From the NCBI GenBank assembly GCA_963840735.1, contig CAWIZX010000015.1:31537-95536 (forward strand): a stretch of 64,000 nucleotides of DNA, in the 5' to 3' direction. Positions within the stretch are counted from its first letter, which is position 1, and the number at the start of each line of letters is the position of its first letter. Both the position numbers and the translations under genes were made by a program. Origin of the DNA: Terriglobia bacterium (GTDB lineage: Bacteria > Acidobacteriota > Terriglobia > Bryobacterales > Bryobacteraceae). Below, piece after piece: positions 51,005 to 59,085 of the stretch. The notes under the pieces are model-generated. The model saw only the letters and a list, made by a program, of their open reading frames with translations. It was not told the DNA's origin and searched no databases.

Positions 51005-52363
51005 TTAAATCAGAAAAGCGGAAACGGGCGCCAGAGCGTACCCTCCGCCCTGAGCCGTCAGCGGGCCAAGCGAAGCGGGTAGACTCAGGGAGTTTCCACT
51101 CCCGGTCGCGCCATTCCCGCCCGTGCCCGTTCGGACCGCCAATCCGTCATTCGTCAACTGTTGAAACAGCCAACTTCCCGTCCCCGCCGCCTGCATCAGC
51201 ACGGCGCTGTTATCCACGGACCACGCAAGATAATAGGCACTCCCGCCTGAAAGCGTGGCGGGGGACGCGAACGTAACCCGGCCCACGCCGGTCGAAGTCA
51301 CCAGAGCTGATTTCTGGCTGATTAGTAAGCCGGCCTGAGTATAAAGGCCCCAAACCACAGCGCAAGGCGCCGCAACAGTGCATCCGGATGCTGAGGCAAC
51401 GCTGTAAGCCAGCGATGAGACTGTCATGCTCTGGCTCGGCGCGAACATGTGTACCTTCACAACTCCGCCCGAAAAAAAGCCGGTCGTTCCGCCGTCCGTC
51501 GGAAAACCAAACGGGAAATAGTAGCCGCCCGGCGGAATCGCGCTGTTCACGCTGCTTCCCGCTGGCCCGGCCGGCCCTGCCGGACCTGCGGGACCTGCCG
51601 GACCCACCGGTCCAGGAGTCCCCGAACCTCCCCCTGACCCACCGCTGATCAGGCGGAAAACAGCGCCGTCATACCAAAGCTGATACAAGCCGCCGCTCGC
51701 GATCCCCGCCGCTACCGGGTCCGTCACTCCATCCGCATTTTCAATTCGAATCGCACCCAGGCTGTCGACATTCAGCGTGGTCGGGCCGCCTGCGCTGGCG
51801 GCATCCGGTCTCCAGTTCAGGACCATTCCGGTCGTGTACGCCGCCAGCACCGGTGTCATGGAGCATGTGTACGTCGCTCCCGGACTCGCGCTACTCGTTG
51901 AATTACAAAACAAAGACATGCCGGATTGCGCCGAGGAACGCGTCTGAGCTACCGATGTATCCAGCATGGTCTGAACCGAAATTTCCTGCCCGGTGTCGCT
52001 GACCGACCAGATCACCCCGGCGCCGCTTTCAAAATCCAGCGTCGGGCGCGTGCCGACTACGGTCCCGGAATTCTCGACCGTGGTGGGAGACGTGGTGCTT
52101 CCTGACTGCAGAGTCCAGCTTCCCGGTGCGGTACATCCGTACGTGTTCTGACCGGCGGGCGCCGTGGTCACAAAAAACATCTGGCCGACTGTGCATGCTG
52201 TGCCGGGCAGCGCCGGACCGGTTTGGAAAGGCTTGGTCGCAGTGGCGCCGCTGAAATCCACGGACTTCGATTGCGTCCTGAGGTCAACCTGCGTCTGCGC
52301 GGTCAGGCCGGGCAGCAACATGGCAACGACTAGCCCAAGCCGCATTGATCGTTCATATCTCAT
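51005..52363 (-). CDS. Secreted collagen-like / tail-fibre-like protein
   Basis: Signal peptide, a roughly 215-aa N-terminal domain, GGSGGGSGTPGPVGPAGPAGPAGPAGPAGSS (G-X-Y run), then a roughly 180-aa C-terminal domain. Confidence 0.7.
   Translation of the reverse strand: MRYERSMRLGLVVAMLLPGLTAQTQVDLRTQSKSVDFSGATATKPFQTGPALPGTACTVGQMFFVTTAPAGQNTYGCTAPGSWTLQSGSTTSPTTVENSGTVVGTRPTLDFESGAGVIWSVSDTGQEISVQTMLDTSVAQTRSSAQSGMSLFCNSTSSASPGATYTCSMTPVLAAYTTGMVLNWRPDAASAGGPTTLNVDSLGAIRIENADGVTDPVAAGIASGGLYQLWYDGAVFRLISGGSGGGSGTPGPVGPAGPAGPAGPAGPAGSSVNSAIPPGGYYFPFGFPTDGGTTGFFSGGVVKVHMFAPSQSMTVSSLAYSVASASGCTVAAPCAVVWGLYTQAGLLISQKSALVTSTGVGRVTFASPATLSGGSAYYLAWSVDNSAVLMQAAGTGSWLFQQLTNDGLAVRTGTGGNGATGSGNSLSLPASLGPLTAQGGGYALAPVSAFLI
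51557..51643 (-). repeat. Collagen-type G-X-Y coding repeat (GPA x5 core, flanked by GGS/GTP/GPV triplets)
   Basis: Plus-strand DNA reads ...ggcccggccggccctgccggacctgcgggacctgccggacccaccggtccagg..., which translates on the minus strand to TPGPVGPAGPAGPAGPAGPAG. Confidence 0.85.
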
Positions 52364-52548
52364 GGCCGAATGCTAACTTGCGGCCGGGCCAAAATCGTTC
52401 GGATGCACGGCCTGCGGGACATGCCGGTGCTGACCTAAGATCTTTCAAATAAGACCGTTACGCAGAAGTCTGAAATATTTGCAATGCGTGTGACTGGCTT
52501 TTGACGCTCAGCGCGAAAATGCGTTAGAAACCGGTTCCGACACAACGT

Positions 52549-53718
52549 TCATCCCGCCGCTTTCAATTGCCTGTCCCTGAGCCTCGCCAGCCATCGGGAT
52601 CGAAGAGCGAGGAAAGGGTACTCGATCGCGAGAAACGTGCCAGTTGCGAAAAGTAGACAGGCCGTCAGCGATAACAAATAGCAGAGCCAGTATCGCGGAC
52701 CGCCCGGCGCTGTCAGCTTGCCTGGCATCACGCTGTACAGCAAAGGCAGCAGGCCGAAGTGGTTCAGGTACGTCCCGTATGACAGCCGGCTCATCACAAA
52801 GAAACCCCTCCAGCTTACAAACCGCGGCAACACGATGGAGCTGATGCCAAGGCAGGTAAGCGCGCCGAAGATCAGTCCAAGCGACGTGTAACTGAAAAGG
52901 ATTCGGTTCGCGGCATAAAGACCGACAGCCACTGCGGTCATGACGCCCATCGACAGCATCAATCGGCGCGTCGACCGGAAAAACTCAGGGTACAAAGTCG
53001 TTACAAACGCCAGCAGCAATCCAATCGCGAGACCATCCGCATGTGTGTGAATGGGGAAGTAAAGGCTCTGCTGGAGCGCACGAAAATCCAGGTGCGACGA
53101 GCGAATCACCAGGAAACGGCAGCCGATGGTGAACGCGAGAGCGGCCGCCGGCGCAATCCAAAGGCGGCGCAGTTCGACCACGCGGCTCAGCAGAAACATG
53201 CATACGGGAGCCACGATATAAAACTGCTCCTCCGTCGATAATGACCAACCGCCGCCTACCTGACAATGCAGGTAGTTGGAAAGGAAAGTTGCGTCCGCGA
53301 GCAGACCGCCGGCAGGGCGGCCCGTGAACACCACTTCCGCAATCAGAAACAGCACCACGCTGTAATAGAGGGGCCAGATCCGCAGGCCGCGCCGAAGCAG
53401 GAACCGCCCAATGCGAATCTGCCCGGAAGTTTTAAGTTCCTTCCAGAGCTGCGAGCCTATCAAATACCCGCTCAGGACGAAGAACAGATCCACACCGGTC
53501 CACCCGTAGTAAACGAACGGAAGTGCGAGGATCGACGCCGAACCGTGGAACTCACCCGAAAAGTGAGTGCTGAACACCAGCAGAATAGCTGCGGTTCTCA
53601 GGACATCGAGCAGCGGCGCGTTGCCGGGAGGCCGCGTGGTCAGATCGTGGAGGCCGTCCGCTAAAAATGTACTCATCGAAAAAGCGGGTTTCAATGTTGC
53701 GGTGTCCGATTGTTTCAC
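52549..53718 (-). CDS. Acyltransferase-3 family membrane O-acyltransferase (OafA-like)
   Basis: LDVLRTAAILLVFSTHF, GVDLFFVLSGYLIG, and about 10 TM segments. Confidence 0.85.
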   Translation of the reverse strand: MKQSDTATLKPAFSMSTFLADGLHDLTTRPPGNAPLLDVLRTAAILLVFSTHFSGEFHGSASILALPFVYYGWTGVDLFFVLSGYLIGSQLWKELKTSGQIRIGRFLLRRGLRIWPLYYSVVLFLIAEVVFTGRPAGGLLADATFLSNYLHCQVGGGWSLSTEEQFYIVAPVCMFLLSRVVELRRLWIAPAAALAFTIGCRFLVIRSSHLDFRALQQSLYFPIHTHADGLAIGLLLAFVTTLYPEFFRSTRRLMLSMGVMTAVAVGLYAANRILFSYTSLGLIFGALTCLGISSIVLPRFVSWRGFFVMSRLSYGTYLNHFGLLPLLYSVMPGKLTAPGGPRYWLCYLLSLTACLLFATGTFLAIEYPFLALRSRWLARLRDRQLKAAG

Positions 53719-55226
53719 AGCGGCGCCGCCGAAGCAGAGACTGCCGGTTCCGCGGACTTCCGCCCCAGAACGCCCCGAACGAAGCGCACGTACCGCTGCA
53801 GTTTATCCGGGAAGAAGATCAGAATCACTGCGCTGTGCGTCAACGCGCCCACCGCGACCTGCACGAACAGCTTGGTCGCGAGCGGCCACGCTGTTGAAAT
53901 GACGGCCGTCCGCGTAGCCTTCAGCGCAAGCAGCATCACAAAGGCGCTAAGAACCGTTGGCCAGAGCGTTACAATGCACTCGCGCAGCGTCAGATTGATG
54001 CGGCGCAGAAGCACAATCGCGGAAGGGAGAAAAGTAATCGGCGATGCGATCACCCAGGCTGCCGCAACTCCGCGGATGCCTCCCCAGTGAGCCCCCGCGA
54101 CAAATGCAAGCGGCATGACGCACAGGTTCACCAGAGACATTCTCATTGTGAACTTCGTCATCCGCTGCGACATCAGCACCTGTCCGACCAGACTCGACAT
54201 GGTCGCCACGATCATGTAGACCGCAAGCCATACCAGGGGCCCGGCCGCTTCACGCCATTCCTGCCCAAGCACCACCTGCACGGCTTCAGGCGCCACCATG
54301 ACCAGACCGACCATGGCGGGAACAACCGCAAGGCTCAAGGTATCGGCGAGCAGGAGAAAATAACGCCGCACCAGCGGAGGGTCTGACTGCAGGTTGGCAA
54401 ACAGCGGCCCTGCGGTTCGCATAATCAGCATGCTGATCTTTTCAGCGGGCGCGCTCGCCAGATACATCGCCATTCGGTAAGTGCCAAGAGCGGAATCGCC
54501 CAACATCCGGCCGGTCACGATTACATCCGAGTGAAGGTAAGCTGTGACCGCCATATTCCCGGTCGCGGCGTGCCGCCCGAACTCGAGCGGGGCGCGCAGT
54601 TCCTTCCATTTCGGCCACGCAAACGACAGAGGCTTCCAGTACATGACCATAGCCGCATTCGCCGCCTTACCCGTGAGCGTTCCCACGACGAGAGCCCAGT
54701 AACCCCATCCGAGCAACGCCCCGATGACCGTCGTCGCGGACTGTACCAGGTATAAGGTCGCCTCGGAGATCGACAGCTTCCTGTAATCCATGTCGCGTTG
54801 GAGCAGCCCCGTGGGAACTGCCTGGAAACCAGTAATAAAGAAGGTGAGATTCGAAACGAAAATCACCAGCACCAGTTCCGGCTTATGGAAAAACCACGCA
54901 ATTAAGGGCGAGAGCGCTATAGATATGACATAAACTGCCGTGCAAAGCAGCAGCGAAAAGCCGTGCAACTGGTGAAGCTTGTCGTCGTCGAGTTCCGTCA
55001 GGTGTAAGGCCGACGTTCCAACGCCGAATTCCGCCATGGTGTTGGTGAGAGCGAAAAAGAATCCGGCCATTTCGCCGATACCGTAGTCGGCCCGGCTGAG
55101 CAGTCGGGCTGTGATCACCAGCGAGGCCCAGCTAAAAATTTGGGTAGCCCATTTGGCCCCGGCCGTCCAGGCAATCCCGCCGGCCAGGCTTCGGTCCAGC
55201 CGGCTCTTTTTGTCGAGGTCGCTCAC
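53715..55226 (-). CDS. wzx: Oligosaccharide flippase (Wzx/MOP superfamily)
   Basis: 503-aa polytopic protein with the polysaccharide-biosynthesis-protein N-terminus (LAGGIAWTAGAKWATQIFSWASLVITARLLSRADYG). Position inside a Wzy-type locus. Confidence 0.75.
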   Translation of the reverse strand: MSDLDKKSRLDRSLAGGIAWTAGAKWATQIFSWASLVITARLLSRADYGIGEMAGFFFALTNTMAEFGVGTSALHLTELDDDKLHQLHGFSLLLCTAVYVISIALSPLIAWFFHKPELVLVIFVSNLTFFITGFQAVPTGLLQRDMDYRKLSISEATLYLVQSATTVIGALLGWGYWALVVGTLTGKAANAAMVMYWKPLSFAWPKWKELRAPLEFGRHAATGNMAVTAYLHSDVIVTGRMLGDSALGTYRMAMYLASAPAEKISMLIMRTAGPLFANLQSDPPLVRRYFLLLADTLSLAVVPAMVGLVMVAPEAVQVVLGQEWREAAGPLVWLAVYMIVATMSSLVGQVLMSQRMTKFTMRMSLVNLCVMPLAFVAGAHWGGIRGVAAAWVIASPITFLPSAIVLLRRINLTLRECIVTLWPTVLSAFVMLLALKATRTAVISTAWPLATKLFVQVAVGALTHSAVILIFFPDKLQRYVRFVRGVLGRKSAEPAVSASAAPL

Positions 55227-55249
55227 AACGTCACCATCTCACGGAAGCC

Positions 55250-56404
55250 TCATGCGACAGTGGTGCGCACCATTTCGACGAAGTTGCGCGCGTATGCTTC
55301 TTCGGTCAGGGTTTCCAGCGCCATTTCCCGGCTGCGCGCCCCCATCCGGCTGCGCGCCGCCCCGTTGGCCAGCAGTTCCCTGAGCCGCTTCTCCAGGGCC
55401 TCTGCATCTCCATCCGGAACCACAAACCCGCTCCGCCCCTCTTCGATGAGAAATGGGATGCCGGCAACATCTGAACCGATCAGGGGAAGCCCTGCCATCA
55501 TGCCTTCGATCAGGATGCGTGGCAAACCCTCGTTCCGGCTGGGCAGGATCAGAATGGCCGCGTGACTCAGCAGCTTCATTAACTGATCGTGGGGAGCCGG
55601 CGGAAGAATCTCAATTGATTCGCATGACTTCGCCTGAGCCTGCGGTTTTCCGTCCGGATAATGCCCGAGGATCTTAAGTCTTGCGTTCGGAAAGTCGCTG
55701 GCCAGCCGCCCGAAAGCTGTTATTGCCAGATCGATGCCCTTTCGATACCACGGATACCCCGCCATCACGACCAGCGGACGATCGTCGTTGAGACCGGAAC
55801 TCGGCTGGATGGCCGTCACGGGAGTGTAATCGTGGAAGACCGATCTCTTCTTCTTGCTCAGCAGACTGTACGCATCGAGTTGCGTCGGATACAGCAGATG
55901 CACCCGATCGCAGAGACCCACCGACAGATACAGGCACATATCCGAATAGAAGTGCATGATTCGATCGGCGGCGCCGGGCTTAGCCCGATCGGTTAGATAA
56001 GCCCGTTCGGGCGCGATCATCACCTCAGGAATGAGTTTCGCCCCTGTCAGCAGCTTCAGGATCAGTCCGCAAACCGCGGTTGTCATGTGCGAGTACACCA
56101 CAATGCAGGTAATCCCGTGTTCACGGCACAAACGAAGTCCCGTTCTGAGATAGAACAGAAACACAGCCAGGCGGTGCTTCGGACGCTCACCGTTGAAAGC
56201 GAGGAACCAGTGATAGCGGAATCGCCCCCTGGTGTAAGTAGGGTAAGAGCCGGGTCCGTAAAGCGCCTCGATCTCAGCCACCGACCGAAACCAGACCGGC
56301 TGCAGAATTTCACCCTCCAGATCTTCCGAGAGCCGAAGGAACCGATCCTTGTCCTGCTCGACCGGCGGCGGCACCATTGTCGCCTGAATGTAGAGAATTC
56401 GCAT
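55250..56404 (-). CDS. Family-4 (GT-B) glycosyltransferase
   Basis: PSRNEGLPRILIEGMMAGLPLIGSDVAGIPFLIEEGRSGFVV. Confidence 0.85.
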   Translation of the reverse strand: MRILYIQATMVPPPVEQDKDRFLRLSEDLEGEILQPVWFRSVAEIEALYGPGSYPTYTRGRFRYHWFLAFNGERPKHRLAVFLFYLRTGLRLCREHGITCIVVYSHMTTAVCGLILKLLTGAKLIPEVMIAPERAYLTDRAKPGAADRIMHFYSDMCLYLSVGLCDRVHLLYPTQLDAYSLLSKKKRSVFHDYTPVTAIQPSSGLNDDRPLVVMAGYPWYRKGIDLAITAFGRLASDFPNARLKILGHYPDGKPQAQAKSCESIEILPPAPHDQLMKLLSHAAILILPSRNEGLPRILIEGMMAGLPLIGSDVAGIPFLIEEGRSGFVVPDGDAEALEKRLRELLANGAARSRMGARSREMALETLTEEAYARNFVEMVRTTVA

Positions 56405-56426
56405 GTTTACAGGAGGAGCGATTGCG

Positions 56427-57935
56427 TCAGCGAACGAACGGCTGCGCCGGACGTTGCATCCGCACTCGGCCGGCTTGACCGATAATCGGGACCGAATGGC
56501 CGGCCGGATCGGCTGCCGCGACCGCGGCTTTGTTCAGCGCGGCATCGTCCATAACTTTCTTTGCGGTGGCCGCCATCGATATCGCAAGTCCCACCATAAA
56601 CGGCAGGTAGAAGCGATAGGCGTTGGCGAGGAATGTGATCGCTGTCATGAATGCGGCCAGTGCGGTGAGATAGCAAAAGCAGGCATTGGCTATCTCATCG
56701 AATCCTTCGCGTTTGGCGCGCTTCCATGTTCTGCGTACCATGCGGAACGAAGACGCAACTCCCAGAACGAAGAAGATCAGAGCAGGAATGCCGCACTCGC
56801 TCGAGACCTGTGTGAAGGCACAGTGCGTCGCATGCCATTCGCCGCGAATACCCGCGACCTGGCTCATTTTGCCTTCATAATTTCCGAACTGATCCGGACC
56901 CACTCCAAAGATTGGATGCTGAAAGGTATAGAGAACGCTTTTCTGAAATAAATAAGCGCGAGAAGCCTGCGACTCGATTGCCTCTTCGTCATTCCCGTTG
57001 AACAGAGTCGCGAGCCGCTCCATCGATCTGGCCGGCAACAGCACCGGGGCCAGTAAACCCAGCACGAGCGCGAAAGCCAGCATCATCATGCGCACCCGCC
57101 CGGAGGCGTAGAACAGAATCGTCAGAAATGCCACGAAAATCGCGATCAGGCCGCCGCGGGACGCTGTTCCGAGCATCACCCAGACTCCGTAAGTCATGCA
57201 CAAAACCGCCAGTATCCGAATCACAAACGACCGGTTCTTCTGCATCGCGACAAACATCAGGAAAGGAATCACGATCGTCATGTGCGCGGCAAGATCATTG
57301 GAATTGCCGATCGTACCGCTCGAATCGAGGCTGATTCTGTCATTCTCGGCGGACGCGAAAAGGCGGGTGGCCACCAGTGTTACCAGCCCGCCCACAGCCA
57401 CTGTATTGAAGAGCAGACGGACTTTTTTCCAGGAGGTGATCAGGCCTCCGGTGACAAACATAAGCGGCAGGCTGTAGCGTATATAGTCAAGGTCGCGCGC
57501 AACCGAGCCACCCAGCCACGTACTCAGGGGTGTGACAAGCACCATCCAGCCGACAAACAGCATCCAGTATCGGGCGCCTGCCCCCTTGAGGGTTCGGGGA
57601 ATCGCCCCGCAAACAACGCAGCCGAGCAGGGCGGGAGGAGCGAATACATACAAAAGATATGTATTCGTATGAAGTACATAGGACAATAACTCCGGAACCA
57701 TTCCCATCATGAGGAATAGCCAGCCAAGACCGCAATAAGCGGGGATATTCTGAAGCGGCGTTGGGTTCGGTTCGGGAATCGGCGGTCCCTGCGCAGTCGT
57801 AAGGGCGCCGAAGGCGTGAGGCCCAAAACCCGTTCTCGCTGTATTCAGCCCGGGCCTCCCCAGGTCCTGCACTCTGCTCATGCCTGTGTTCATCATAACG
57901 GCTGAGCCCTGCGAACTGATGGGGGCGTCCGGCAC
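56427..57935 (-). CDS. wzy: O-antigen polymerase/ligase family (Wzy_C) membrane protein
   Basis: Polytopic protein with a Wzy_C-like loop (MLGTASRGGLIAIFVAFL...). First gene of the minus-strand operon. The start may be internal. Confidence 0.7.
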   Translation of the reverse strand: MPDAPISSQGSAVMMNTGMSRVQDLGRPGLNTARTGFGPHAFGALTTAQGPPIPEPNPTPLQNIPAYCGLGWLFLMMGMVPELLSYVLHTNTYLLYVFAPPALLGCVVCGAIPRTLKGAGARYWMLFVGWMVLVTPLSTWLGGSVARDLDYIRYSLPLMFVTGGLITSWKKVRLLFNTVAVGGLVTLVATRLFASAENDRISLDSSGTIGNSNDLAAHMTIVIPFLMFVAMQKNRSFVIRILAVLCMTYGVWVMLGTASRGGLIAIFVAFLTILFYASGRVRMMMLAFALVLGLLAPVLLPARSMERLATLFNGNDEEAIESQASRAYLFQKSVLYTFQHPIFGVGPDQFGNYEGKMSQVAGIRGEWHATHCAFTQVSSECGIPALIFFVLGVASSFRMVRRTWKRAKREGFDEIANACFCYLTALAAFMTAITFLANAYRFYLPFMVGLAISMAATAKKVMDDAALNKAAVAAADPAGHSVPIIGQAGRVRMQRPAQPFVR

Positions 57936-58070
57936 AACCTGAAATCCGGGCAGTATGAGACCGCTATCGGCTTACTATGAAGAACAGCCGAGCAGGGAAG
58001 CACCTTACCGGTTAAACAGAAGCTCTGGTGTCTGATCCCTGAAAAAGGTCTAAACCAGAAGTCCTGCAGC

Positions 58071-58084
58071 GCCACACGTGTGGC
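58071..58084. repeat. Perfect 14-bp palindrome GCCACACGTGTGGC upstream of the wzy operon
   Basis: Read directly from the sequence; it is its own reverse complement. Lies in the non-coding gap between wzy and the tRNA fragment. Confidence 0.8.
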
Positions 58085-58144
58085 TTCAGAGACCTCAAAC
58101 GGTTGCAGACTGAAAGAATTAAGTGCGTAGAGTCTGGAAGGAAT

Positions 58145-58189
58145 TGGTTGCGGGGGAAGGATTTGAACCTTCGACCTTTGGGTTATGAG
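58145..58189 (-). tRNA. 3-prime fragment (anticodon loop to CCA) of initiator tRNA-fMet(CAT). No 5-prime half is present, so this is a likely att-site remnant.
   Basis: Minus strand reads CTCATAA-CCCAA-AGGTC-GAAGG-TTCAAAT-CCTTC-CCCCGCA-A-CCA. This is nearly identical to the 3-prime half of E. coli tRNA-fMet (CTCATAACCCGAAGGTCGTCGGTTCAAATCCGGCCCCCGCAACCA). The upstream sequence (GCACG) cannot pair with the anticodon stem, and there is no acceptor 5-prime strand nearby. Confidence 0.8.
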
Positions 58190-58372
58190 CGTGCCGGGCA
58201 TTGGCTATGTAGTTCATAACAAGGCACGAGTGGCACTCGAAAGAGCCTTTAGGAACCCTCGGAAACGGGTATTGGGAGTTGATCGGGAGTTGAAATTGAC
58301 CTTGGGTTTTCTCCCTACGGGATGGGAGTTGGCTAGCCCGCCTGAACCATAAACGACAATGAGGAATCACCA

Positions 58373-59064
58373 GTAACGCATGCCAGAATCTTCGCGCGTC
58401 GATGGCCGTCAACCGTGAACTTGTCCTGCTCTACTGGCAGATCGGCCGCGACATCCTTGACCGGCAGGAACGGGAAAACTGGGGCGCGAAAGTGATCGAC
58501 CGCTTGGCAGCGGACCTCAAGCGAGCGTTCCCGGACATGAAAGGATTCTCCCCGCGCAACCTCGAAATACATGCGAGCGTTCAGCTGAAGCTTGGCCGGA
58601 TGAAGCAATTGTGCAACAGCTTGTTGCACAAATTCCGTGGGGCCACAACGTCCGCATCCTGGACTGCGTCAAGGCTCCGAAGACCGCATCTGGTACGCCA
58701 ACGGGACCATTCAACACGGATGGAGTCGCGACGTTCTGGTTCAACAGATTGAGTCCGGGCCATTGCACCGGCAAGGGAAAGCCGTCGCCAACTTCGACCG
58801 CACCTTGCCCGCGCCGCAATCAGACCTCGCGCGGGACATCACCAAAGATCCGTACAACTTCGATTTTCTCACCCTCGGCGACGAGGCCCACGAGCGCGAT
58901 CTGGAGCGCGGCCTGCTGGACCACCTGCGCCAGTTTCTTCTCGAACTCGGCGTCGGGTTCGCGTTTGTGGGCAGCCAGTACCGGCTCGCCGTGGGCGACC
59001 AAGAATTTTACATCGATCTCCTTTTCTACCACCTGAAGCTCCGCGCTTATGTGGTGATCGAACT
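58373..59064 (+). pseudogene. DUF1016/YhcG PD-(D/E)xK nuclease gene, 5-prime part. It is N-terminally truncated, has three frame changes (about 58570-58700), and is then interrupted by the RIT element.
   Basis: NRELVLLYWQIGRDIL...GFSPRNL / YMRAF / AEAWPDEAIVQQLVAQIPWGHNVRILDCVKAPK / RIWYANGTIQHGWSRDVLVQQIESG...FAFVGSQYRLAVGDQEFYIDLLFYHLKLRAYVVIE. These segments are read across three frames. Confidence 0.85.
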
Positions 59065-59065
59065 A

Positions 59066-59085
59066 TTATGTGGTCGACCACATAA
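59066..59085. repeat. Perfect 20-bp palindrome TTATGTGGTCGACCACATAA at the left junction of the RIT element
   Basis: Read directly from the sequence. Two inverted copies of the element's TTATGTGG motif around a TCGA centre. It lies between the target gene and IR-L. Confidence 0.85.

Noticed and set aside
58145-58420. Intact tRNA-fMet gene, or a tRNA interrupted by a group I intron
   Set aside because: No complementary anticodon-stem strand, D-arm or 5-prime acceptor strand (CGCGGGG/TGCGGGG) was found within 270 nt upstream on the minus strand.
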